A DNA stretch of 63,077 bases, counting the filler, from Collodictyon triciliatum (lineage: Eukaryota), in NCBI GenBank assembly GCA_043381765.1. It is 7 parts of 7 records of this genome, joined end to end, with 100 filler letters (N's around TTAATTAATTAA, not from the genome) between each part and the next. Parts side by side here need not be neighbours in the genome. Positions count along the whole stretch, not along the records: positions 10,848 to 21,590 come from JBHJMP010002574.1; positions 21,691 to 32,427 come from JBHJMP010002575.1; 5 more parts are not named here. One strand, written 5' to 3'. Shown one piece after another: positions 13,012-23,647 of this stretch (positions are counted from its first letter, which is position 1; the number at the start of each line of letters is the position of its first letter). The notes under the pieces are model-generated. The model was not told where the DNA came from. It searched no databases and worked only from the letters and a program-made list of their open reading frames with translations. The translations under genes were made by a program, and so were the position numbers.

Positions 13012-14859
13012 TTAAAAAGATTTCTTGAGTATATTATTAGTGCTGTTAAAGTCCCTTGTCAAGAATACACTTTGTTTGCTTTCTGAGCGATGGCATTATT
13101 TACATACGAGACATCTATACACATTTTTTGAATTTCCTTGCAGTTTCATATATTCCAGTTCTTTTTCGCAGTTACAGCACATCTTGGAGGTTCTAAATTC
13201 ATATCCACGCTGACTGTTTCAAAACGTTTGGATAGTATTTTTTTCGTAATCCTCTTCCAATCGTTTCCATAAAATGTTTCATCAGACATTTTCTGCTCCA
13301 GTCCCCATACACCAGTACAACATCCTTGCCAAATGTCTTTTCGATTCAGTCCATAAGCAACTGCTCATTTCTTTTTGTATTAGCATAATGTCTCCATATC
13401 ATCTTTCGAAAAGTTACGTGTTTATAAAATCTGGAAAATTCTATCCGGTATCTTGATTTCATAGATACATATTTTCGAAAATAATCATAATCGACCGTAC
13501 ATGAATTATATTTACTCAGTTCTGTCTCTAAATCGATTAAGGATACTCTTGATATCTCAAACTGCTGATTCTCTTCAAAAGTCCTGAGACCAAAAGAAAC
13601 AGCACTTTATAAATCTTGCCATGAATATCGCTGAGTAATTGTGCTTTTTTTTTCTCGCGCAAGAGTATTTTGTGATTTTTAAGAGATTTGCTATCACGTC
13701 TTATTTGGTGTGCAGTGTAACGTAATTTCTTGCCTGTCTCATCCACCATGTAAACCAAATTAAACTTGCCTGCGTCCACTCCAACTATTTTTTTTGTCGC
13801 TAATGAAGATAACTGCTCTTCAGAAAGTTGGTGTATATAAAAATAATCTTGGGGTTTTGATTAAATTGGAATTTTGAATTTGAAATACTTTTCTTTTCAA
13901 ATAATAGTGACGCCACTAACTCGTCTGTTTGTATCATGTATATAAAATTGTAGTCTCTTTGATGAAAACACCTCTTCTTCATTTCAAAGAACTTATCCCA
14001 TAGTGTCTCTTTGCATCCTGATATACTCTTCAGTAATAATGGTTTTCCAGTTGATACTAATAGATCTATCAAAGTTGCAGTATCTAGAGTAATGCGACAT
14101 GGTATATTGGTAGTTCTTATAGAGATTGGTTGAAGCAGTTTGGTTCCAATGTTCTAAAAAATGCGATTCATGTAAATCAGACATGGCGTGTACTTACTTG
14201 GATTGGCTTTGACGTCATATTCGATACCTTTCAAAATATTGCTGGGAATGATACGATGCAAAGGCGTTATAGTCGATCTTTATATTGTTCCGGTATGTCG
14301 AGTTTCATGAAGATGGCTTCTTTTTTAACTTTCTTAACTCTGCCTTTTTAATAGCTTCCGTAACATTCTTGTCTTTAGGAAGTATTTGATTTATAAAGCA
14401 CAGGAAACTTTGACATAATGCTCCTTAATGTTATCATGATAAGCTGTTAACATTTGCTTCGCCAAGTACCATAATACATGAGACAGTCCAACCAATAGAA
14501 AGCGATCTTCTCGGGACAAAAGGAATCGAAAATCATATGGATAAAAATTTTTCATGTCATCTCTCATATCTGGATGTTTTAATACTTGCGGGTCTCTCTT
14601 GTGAAACTATTCCAACTGTCTTTAAAGCGCACAAAAAAACAAACATTTCATTGATTGTTGGGAGTTGTTGTTTCAATATGTAACATCTTGCAAACAGATA
14701 AGTGTTGGTAACCAAATTATGTCACAATAAACCCGTATCGTTGATTTTGTCATAGTCATCCGCATGCTTTATAATCGACTTTAGAGATGGTTTCCCATAT
14801 CAATAGTCCGGTTTTACATATTTTAGACTCTCAGACTCAAGACGTTTTCTTTTCTTCAT
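13012..14859 (-). pseudogene. Fanzor1-type (eukaryotic TnpB-like) RuvC nuclease, frameshifted, copy 1
   Basis: Fragments: MKKRKRLESE N-terminus, IQTDE, KIVGVDAGK (RuvC-I), FYKHVTFRKMIWR...FGKDVVLVYGDWS, VDxxFRTSKMCCNC with zinc-finger cysteines, TRDFNSTNNIL (RuvC-III). Multiple stops and frameshifts; no introns. Confidence 0.9.
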
Positions 14860-14905
14860 ATGAAAGTCTTTGGTTTACTTTTTCCTTTAGGAAACAACTG
14901 AGTTT

Positions 14906-14913
14906 TCAATTTT
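14906..14913 (-). promoter_or_regulatory. AAAATTGA motif upstream of the Fanzor ATG (Mimiviridae early-promoter-like)
   Basis: Exact AAAATTGA about 47 nt upstream of ATG 14859; TAAATTGA at the same spacing in copy 2 (61239-61246). The motif is common in AT-rich DNA, so this is tentative. Confidence 0.35.
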
Positions 14914-14943
14914 AATAAAAAGTCAGTCAATTAGTATCAATTT

Positions 14944-15050
14944 AATAAAATAAAATAAAATAAAATAAAATAAAATAAAATAAAATAAAATAAAATAAAA
15001 TAAAATAAAATAAAATAAAATAAAATAAAATAAAATAAAATAAAATAAAA
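14944..15050. repeat. (TAAAA)n microsatellite inside the Fanzor cassette
   Basis: Direct; the equivalent position in copy 2 is a short A-run (about 61361-61368). Confidence 0.95.
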
Positions 15051-15070
15051 CTGCATAAATCGATTGAGGT

Positions 15071-15266
15071 AAAATTAAGCATCAACCAAGACTCTCAAAA
15101 TGTGCACATTGTGGTAAACAAACACACAAAGCTTTTTTACAAGTGATTTGAGACAAAACGCTGAGAGCCGATTCGGCGAGTTCGAAATGACGGCCGTACA
15201 GCCATTGTGACTTAAAGCCAACGTATCGGCCCCAAACAACATGATTATCGCCGCAAGTGTGGATAG
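15071..15266 (+). pseudogene. Small CxxC...CxxC zinc-ribbon ORF remnant, copy 1
   Basis: KHQPRLSKCAHCGKQTHK...HDYRRKCG*; two small indels relative to copy 2. Confidence 0.5.
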
Positions 15267-15474
15267 TATGCTTTTTTTGAAATGCATGCTTGGTGGCAGG
15301 CTTATAGGGTGGGTTCTGTCAGGGCCAAGGCAAGACTTGTTTGTCATTTTTGAATTCTTAATGCGAAATAAGATTTACATAAATGGAATTTGAAATATAA
15401 ATTGATCACATGAATAGAATGAGATTATTAAGTATTTTTAACCCATATAATATCATACTAATCTTACTTTTACA

Positions 15475-15658
15475 TTATTCAGGTTGTTTCTTGGGTTCAT
15501 CAAAGCTCCTGCTTTCGTCAACCCAGATTTTATTTGATGGTTGTCTGTGCAAAATTGATTTTTTTGTATATGGGTACCCTTACGATGTATAAAAAGTGTT
15601 GTGCCTTGAAAGGGATAAAACCAAGTTCGTCGCAACCTTTGTAATGAAGTTTATCCAT
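15475..15658 (-). pseudogene. About 59-aa accessory ORF remnant, copy 1
   Basis: MDKLHYKGCDELGFIPFKAQHFLY...(frameshift)...QPSNKIWVDESRSFDEPKKQPE*; same ATG and stop as in copy 2. Confidence 0.5.
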
Positions 15659-15681
15659 TAACAGGCCGAATGAGACCGAAG

Positions 15682-16119
15682 AGAAAAAAAGAAAAAAGAA
15701 AAAAGAAAAAAGAAAAAAAGAAAAAAAGAAAAAAAGAAAAAAAGAAAAAAAGAAAAAAAGAAAAAGAAAAAAAGAAAAAAGAAAAAAGAAAAAGAAAAAA
15801 GAAAAAGAGAAAAAGAGAAAAAAAGAGAAAAAGAGAAAAAGAGAAAAAAAGAGAAAAAGAGAAAAAGAGAAAAAGAGAAAAAGAGAAAAAGAGAAAAAGA
15901 GAAAAAAAGAGAAAAAGAGAAAAAGGAGAAAAAAAAGAGAAAAAAAGAGAAAAAAAAGAGAGAAAAAAGAGAGAAAAAGAGAGAAAAAGAGAGAAAAAGA
16001 GAGAAAAAGAGAAAAAGGAGAAAAAAAAAGAGAAAAAAAGAGAAAAAAAGAGAAAAAAAAGAGAAAAAAAGAGAAAAAAAGAGAAAAAAAGAGAAAAAAA
16101 GAGAAAAAAAGAAAAATAA
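15682..16119. repeat. Purine-rich (A/G) low-complexity tract
   Basis: Direct; degenerate AAAAAG/AAAAGAG units. Confidence 0.95.
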
Positions 16120-16466
16120 AGTGGCTATTAGAGTCCTGCTATTGTATCTCAGTTGCTGCGATTCACTTAATCCCCATCATCGTTCTCAACACGCTTGGTT
16201 AAGAAACAAATAGCAATAGATACATATCTTCAGCAAGACAAACGTATCAGGCTTTGAGCATTTTTTTCTATCTCAGATGTAAACGAATAATTAATGTTTG
16301 TTTGCTAACCGCAAAAATCAGCAACAGAAACAGATAAATCATATGTGAAAAGGTTTTGAAAATGGACTACGATGGAAGGGGATGTGCGAATGTTTTGATG
16401 TATCTGATTTCGATTTTCGTCAACCATGAGATAACTATGATGAGATGTATATCGAGTGCTTCATCC

Positions 16467-18846
16467 TCAAGGCTCCATGGTTTTATGCAAGGCAGAGAAG
16501 ATGAGCGACACGGCCACAGCCCCTGGGTCTGCGGTTCCCTTCGACCTTTCGGCAATATAGCTTGCGCGGCCTCTCTTTGCGATCATTTCTTTCGTCTCCT
16601 CGGCACCTCTGACACTGGCATCACACAAGGATTTGAACACAACCTTGATATCCACTGTTTCCCCTTCCTTGTCATATGATGACAATGCGTCGCTCACTGC
16701 GAGTTTTTTTTAAAGTATATGTGTATAAGGAAATAAATAAAATTAATTGCGTGCGCGCGATTATTAGAGAAAAATCAAATGAACAAAATATCAAAATTTT
16801 CTTTGTGACTTGGATGATAATTCGTAATGATGGACGCCAACTCAGAGTTTATTCTCTTTCTCAAAACATGGGGAAAAAAATGATACAAATATTTTATGGT
16901 CAACAAGTGTTATGTTTAGTTTTTAGGATCATTCACCAACCAGGGAGAAGAGCATCAACCATAGTGCAATCTCCCTTGTGGCTGTCTGCAGCTCTGCACA
17001 AAGATTCAATGCCCCCCTATTTGCTTTCTATCAGCACGTTCACATAGTATAACGGCGAATATATTAAACAATACAAATATGGATAATGCATCCTATTTTG
17101 TTCCAAAAATGAATATTGCGGGTCGATTTGATGTTCTTTCATGATATACATAATTTAAGATAAACTTTGAGTGCAATGCTCCAGCGATGGAGGTGAGGCC
17201 CTTCGCCAGATTGATAATGGTGGCTCATGGACACCAAAAGAATCCCCAGAAGAGCTCCAAAGGAGCCACCCATTCTCCGACAAAACGCACTGATATTCTT
17301 TAAGAAATGGGCTGGAGCTGATTTCTTTATCGAAGCCATATTCTCCTCCAATATCACGCACAGATGCGCTAAGTTTGTTCCAAGGTCTCCGTCTCCAACC
17401 TTGCAATAATATCATTGAAGGAATTTACAAATTTTTATTTTATCTATCCAATTTCATTACCTGTGAATCTAAAGAAGTCAGCATGGCAACATTGTCCTTC
17501 AGAGTCAAACATATCGAGTTAAGGTAGGTTTCGAAATCGACCTCTTCCATGAACGCGTTAGGTTCGGTAGGTGATATGCTATTTTACAAAACAAATAAAA
17601 ACAAATCCATTCCACTATTTAGTATAGAAAAAATTATCACTTATCAACTTGTTCTATGCCTAGTGGGTCTCTGGCAAGGTCGCGATTACACTGTTCACGG
17701 TCAAGGATGCTCCATGGAGTGATAATTTGGATGGGAGCATCCAAATACTCTACAAATTCACTCCGGAGCGACATTAATGTCACTGAAACGCCATTCATAT
17801 CAAGGCTGGTAAGGAATGACCCTACCATCACTTTTTTTACGGAAAATCCGAGTGATTCTACAATTTAAAGAACAAAAAGATAAATTAGAATGTATTCATG
17901 GAAGGGGCGAAGAGTATCCTTAACAATTTAAGTAAATCATACCAGCATAGTTGATGACGTTTCCACACAAGCCGTATAATTCCAGAGTCGTTGATGAGCC
18001 CTAATACAATTTTTTAACTTGAATTTTGCGTAAAATTGAAGGTTGTGACAGAGGGCTCCGTACCGAAGATTAAAAGGTAAATTTAAAAAGGATGTGATTT
18101 ACAAAAATAGCGGTTTTTTAACTTTCAAAATTTCGTGAATTGCGACTCAAGGTTACTATTATAATTAGTCTAAGATAGAATGAATAAGGAAGAAGGAAAA
18201 GAAGAAGAAAAAAAAGGAAAAACGAAAGCTGTAAATATACCAAGTTGTTGACAAGTAGCAGAACATCAACGGGGGACAAGAAGGCTGCACTTTGCATAAT
18301 TGGATCAACCATCATTTTTGCTAGAGCTTGGGTGGGACATCTTTTTACCCGAGCTATACCGGGTTCTCCGTGGATTCCTTTAACAGAATTAACCAAACAG
18401 AACCCATTATTTCAAATCAGTTTAATAAATACTCCATTTTATTCAAAAATTGGTAAAAACAAAAAAAAAAGCATATTGTGAAAATTATTCAAAATTAGTA
18501 TTGTAGTCATTTTACTTTGAGATTTATCGGTAAAAGATCTTCATCACTTCAATAAAAATAAAAATAAAAACGTGTATCTCATACCAAGGCCCAATTCCAT
18601 TTCATCGGCAGCAATGTGAAAGGCGGATGTGTTAGTTGCTGGTAGTGTGCATCCTGAGAATCCAACACCAACAGTACCAACTGAATCAGCTGCGAGCTGA
18701 GCGATACTAATATTTGATTGTTTTATGTGAGGAATGTAGTAAAAAAAATCACTATATTTTCCATAAAGAGAGATAGAGGAAGACAAGCATAGTGTTGGGT
18801 CTCAGTATTCTGATTAACTGATTCATTGGGTGTGAGCGACAGATAC

Positions 18847-18879
<33 letters not shown>

Positions 18880-20158
18880 AAGAAATTAATGTGTCTATTT
18901 TTCTATGATAGAAATAGGTGGGGGTTTTTTTTTTTCATGATTAAGGGGTTACTAACCGCTTCACCTCAGCCAAAGAGAGTCCAGATTTTGCTGCTGCGCC
19001 TGCTATTTTGTGCACAAGAATTGTACCAGCTAGACCCCTATTTCATACATAAAATAAATTCAGAAAATTCCATAAGAGATTTCTATGAAAATTAGAAGCC
19101 AACCCCTAAGTTAATAGATAATTTATTCATTTTTTATTTTATCAAAAAGCGATATATATATAGATAGGTAATAAAACATGGAAGCGCAACTTTGTTGCTG
19201 TATAAATGATTTTAGACTTGCCAAACCTTAAAGTTAAAGATAAAAAAGAAAAAGCCGTACCTACGGCCTGCATTGGCTTGCTGTCCAAGAAGAGCACAAT
19301 CATCGCCAACAACCACGGTCTCAACCTTTAGACCTTCACTTCTTGCAAGCTCCACAGCCAATCTAAATTGAATGTTTTCATTCGCTCGAAGGAAGTTTGA
19401 ACATCCAAGTACGAAAAAAAAAAGTCAAGTGATATAATATTTATGTCTAACCGACAGGAAATATTTAAATAGTTCATCCATGTACATATGAAACGATAGT
19501 ATGTGATAAAGTAAACAAAATCAAGATTGCTCTGCCATGTGTGGGGATGAAATGGTGACTGGGAATGAAGTATATCGTTAAGATAAATGAATTAGACATG
19601 CCCAAAGTGAAGTCGGTCTCCGGTGTAATTTTTAATAATAACTAAAGTGCCTTCCGGTCCAGTGACAGCCTTTAATGCCGCCAGCACTTCATCTGCTGAT
19701 GGACTTCAAGGGGAAAAAAACAGGTTTAATACCCGAGCTGTTAAGATAGACCCTATCAGAGAAAAAAAAAACTACAAAACAATTAAACTATATGGAAAAA
19801 AAAAAGAAAAAAGAAGAGGGGTACAAATTGATGAAACAAAAAAAGTGACACAATTGACAGAAAAGATATGTAAAAGTGGGAAAAAGAAATATGAATAAAA
19901 CAAGCAGAAAAGGTGAAGAAAAAAAAACCTGGAAAACACAGCGCCAGCAACTGCCCCTGTCAGGAATCCATCCCCAACGAGGCCGACGTGTGCGGGCTCA
20001 TGGCCCGAACCACCGCCAGAGAGAACAGACACACAACCACGCACTGGGCTTCTGAAGACAACGCCCGAGGAACCGATGCGATAAAGATGCGGAGCCAGCG
20101 ACATGAAGCCACTCAAAGCCTCTGCTCCGAGCTCTGCATGCTGGGTGTATATCTTCAT
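16467..20158 (-). CDS. DAK: Dihydroxyacetone kinase / triokinase-FMN cyclase (fused Dak1-Dak2 domains), multi-exon
   Basis: [77 protein letters not shown]...DPGA. Confidence 0.93.
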
Positions 20159-20594
20159 CGCAGGAAGGCCTCTGCTAAACACAGCGATCATCATTGCGAC
20201 CAACCCGAAAAGCAAAACAAACACATATCGCACACATGTCGCGGGAAAAGGTGGAGCTCGTCTGCACCCTGGCACTCATCCACAGGCAAAGCAAAGTTGG
20301 CCCACTGCAGACCTTAACACACCATCAGAAGCCACGGCGAATCCGTCCTCTCTGTTTCCTTCCTTACGCTTTTTCCTGCTTTTTTATTTGCCCAGATACT
20401 TTATTTTTGACAGGTGGGTCGCCTTTGATTGAAGCGGTTTATTTCTGAGGAGCGCAAAGTGCGCGTGTGATGAATGCAGAGTCATATGAGAACGTCGGGG
20501 TAAGGGTAGGTGAAAGGGAAGTGGAAGTGTGTGGATAAGAAAAAGCTACAGAGGGAGCCGAGATGATGGCGGGTGACTGGCTTGGGTGAGAAGG

Positions 20595-21130
20595 CTATCG
20601 CGCAGGGTTCTCGTCTGCTGGAGGGAAGCAAAGCTGTGCTCCACAAGCGTAGCAATAAAAGCCCTCTTTGCATTTGTTTGCACAGTGCACGCAATAGATT
20701 GGCCAAGTGTAGACACGCTTCTGCTTGATAATGCGATTGATGCGATAAAGCGTGTGGAAGATGGACATGGCCCAGAGCATGAGAAATCCTGTAGTGATTG
20801 AGAGAACAACAACAGAAAAGGCATGGACCTCGCCAATCTCCAGGGAGCTCACTGATCCTCCCACGCTGACTTCATCCCCAGCAATAACTGAATCGATGGG
20901 GAAATCGTCCGCATTGAGAGTCAGGTCCAAGAGCACGTCATTGGTGGAGACAAAGATGGGAGGGGATAAAGATGGAGAGTATATAGTCCCGCCCAAGGAG
21001 AGGACTAGAAAGTTTTTGGGGTCTGCAGGCAGGATTTGGTCTCCTGAGTCAGAGGGTTGGGTGCTGACGCGGCCATTTTGATCAAAGCAGAGGAGATCAT
21101 TCTTGGCTAAGCATGTGTGGTTGGCGGTGA
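20595..21130 (-). CDS. Probable terminal exon of a single-pass membrane protein with a C-terminal double CxxC zinc ribbon
   Basis: About 175 open codons with no ATG start, hydrophobic FSVVVLSITTGFLMLWAMSIF, then CVHC...CYAC. Upstream exons not identified. Confidence 0.4.
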
Positions 21131-21497
21131 GTGCTTATGGGAAGGTCGGGTTTGTCTCCGGGATGTGTGCTATATGAGTTCTATTTCTCGGGCTTTTTGC
21201 TCAGCCCAGCCTTTTTTCAAGGTAGAGAGAGGAGAACCGCTAGACATGTCAGGACGCTAGGAAAGAGTATGTGCAGCGAAGAATGCTAATTCGCAGCGGT
21301 AAAAGGCACCTGATCGGACCAGCAGCGTTGATAGGGCCAGGAAAAGCACGAAGCAAAGAGCTCGCGGGCTCCGGAATCTTGGGTTCATCTTAAAGTCTTC
21401 CTTGGAATAAGGTGAAAAAAAAAATCTTGACGACGGGCCTTTTGCTTTTGTTTTCTATCAAAGTTTTATTGCGTTTTTTTTTTGTTTTTTGTTTGTT

Positions 21498-21590
<93 letters not shown>

Positions 21591-23647
21591 NNNNNNNNNN
21601 NNNNNNNNNNNNNNNNNNNNNNNNNNNNNNNNNNTTAATTAATTAANNNNNNNNNNNNNNNNNNNNNNNNNNNNNNNNNNNNNNNNNNNNCCGCCAACAC
21701 CGGACAAGCCCGCACATCGCAAGACCCAAGAGCAGCGCATCTCCAAACCCCGAAAGAAATCCCCCCTTAAACTACCCATTCAGACTGACGTGAATATGGC
21801 TAACATAGGAGGCCTCAAGGCAGTCTTCGTTACATATCCAAAAGGATACTCCAAATCGAAGGCAACACAAGAACCAGCGCCCACCAAAGATAGTCCGTTT
21901 ATCCTTCCCCAGCCCGTCGCACCGAGAACCAAGGAGCATGAGCAAACAGCACAAGTCGAATCCAAGCTTGGAACTTCACACACTAAAGACAGTCCGAGCA
22001 AGCAGGAGCCTATGTTCTAAAACTACAAACGCGTATCCATACTCTGGTTAAGCAAAGTCCACTGCCGGCTACGCATGTCTCTGAAACCAGGGGACGGTCA
22101 AGCGCCACTTCCGATAATACCAGATAAATAACGATGTATCGTTTTTTGTCTGAATCTCTTAGCAAGAAAAACAAGGAAAGTGACCTGTTGTCCACTCAAA
22201 AGACTCATCCAGTGGAATGCAATAGAATGTAAACCTTGTCTGAGATAGACGGTTGGAAGGACTCGTCGGAATCGATTTGAGAAGTAACTGCTGTGTGTGT
22301 GTGTGCTTTCATCGACCCGACAACTTTATCCGCTCTTCTATCAGTCTCGAATACAACCAGAAATCGCGTTGGAGCTGATTCACCTCGGGTAGAATAGTCT
22401 GCGTGTGAGAACACCTTTTCTTTTTAATTTCCTTCCTTCCAAAACCCAAAATCTACCAACCACACAATCTGAGGGGGTTTCCACTGTCTCGTCCACAGCT
22501 CATTTCTTGTCCTAGAGGCGAAGGCGGTTTCCTCGCCTTTGTTATCTCTCAATAAACTGTTGAAATGAAACAAAGAAAAAGAGGGGAAAAAAGCAAAAGG
22601 CAAACATCGCCACTCTATCTGATTGCTGTGTACTTGGCTGCGTGTGTCAAAAAAAAGTCCTTCTAGAATCGCTTTTCGGTTGTGCTATTAGCAGGAACAC
22701 AAAAAAAAAAAAAAAAATAAGTGTAAGTTTAAGTGCCTGTCCTACCACAACCCACTTAAGCAATAAAATGACTGTATGCCGAAGTCCTGCCATGAGACGA
22801 TGCGGCAATACCTTTGCAATATTCATCAACATCGTTAAACAAATACGACTTTTTCTTTTGATGGTGAGTATGAAGCAGTAACCAGGTCGATGCAGGGAAT
22901 GCGATTTGTTTAGTCCTTCTCTGTGGTTGCATCAGAGAAATGTCAGAGAGGACGTCGTAGTGTGAAGGAGCTACCCATGAAAAGCTACAATAGAGTATTT
23001 CTTTTTCTTTTTTTTCCATCAAGTTTTTCTTTCGAGACTGAGAGAGAGGGAGAGAGAAAAGCACAGAAAAGAAACAAATCACAATTCAATAGTTCTGATT
23101 GGACGAGGGTAAAGACAATAAGGAGAGTGTGAGGTCGAATAATTGATAAAAAAAAAAAAATGAAAATAATCAAGTTGGTGATGTTTCTTGAGACAATGCA
23201 GATACAGCAATGTCATCAACCTAAATTAAAATGAAAAATGCATCAGTATTTTGCAGTGATTGGAAAGAAAGTAAATTGCGCCCATGAGTCAAAATGCAAT
23301 CAAAACTGTAGAGTACGAAGATAAAGAACAGACCAGAGAGGCAGAACATGGAAAGCGAGTGGAAAAATTTTTGAAGGGTGTCAGTCTGGATGTTTGCCGC
23401 TGAAACTTGTTGCTTACTATATTGAATGTAATGGAAGAGAAACGATTGGTTGTAGCCACAAGTCGTTTCAAAAAACAAAACAATTGTAATCACATAACAC
23501 TGTCAAAGTGCAAAACCCACAGAAAGTACAAAAAGAAGAGCAATGAAAAGGCATTATCATGCAGTTGCCCATTTGTACATCATCATATATCTCAAATGCG
23601 TGTCCAACCTCATACAAACACACCACATCTTGACAACACAAACAGAC

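Larger units (their letters stand above)
12829..15681 (-). mobile_element. Fanzor1-carrying cassette, copy 1 (decayed, no transposase seen)
   Basis: Colinear homology with 59255-61992 from the nuclease C-terminus to ...ATGAGACCGAAG (15681 / 61992). The left (3') boundary is an estimate because copy 2 is cut there by its contig end. Confidence 0.85.

Noticed and set aside
13346-13348. Alternative genetic code explaining the shared Fanzor TGA
   Set aside because: Host genes end in TAG, TGA and TAA normally, and the Fanzor copies also contain frameshifts.
15161-15190. Hammerhead-ribozyme-like CTGAGAGCCG...CGGCGAG...GAAA
   Set aside because: Core deviates from CUGANGA...GAAA, copy 2 would have a 1-nt loop, and the region is better explained as the Zn-ribbon ORF.
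15670-16119. K/R/E-rich ORF and the other poly-I/N/Y/L/F ORFs in the track
   Set aside because: Translations of microsatellites or N-gaps.
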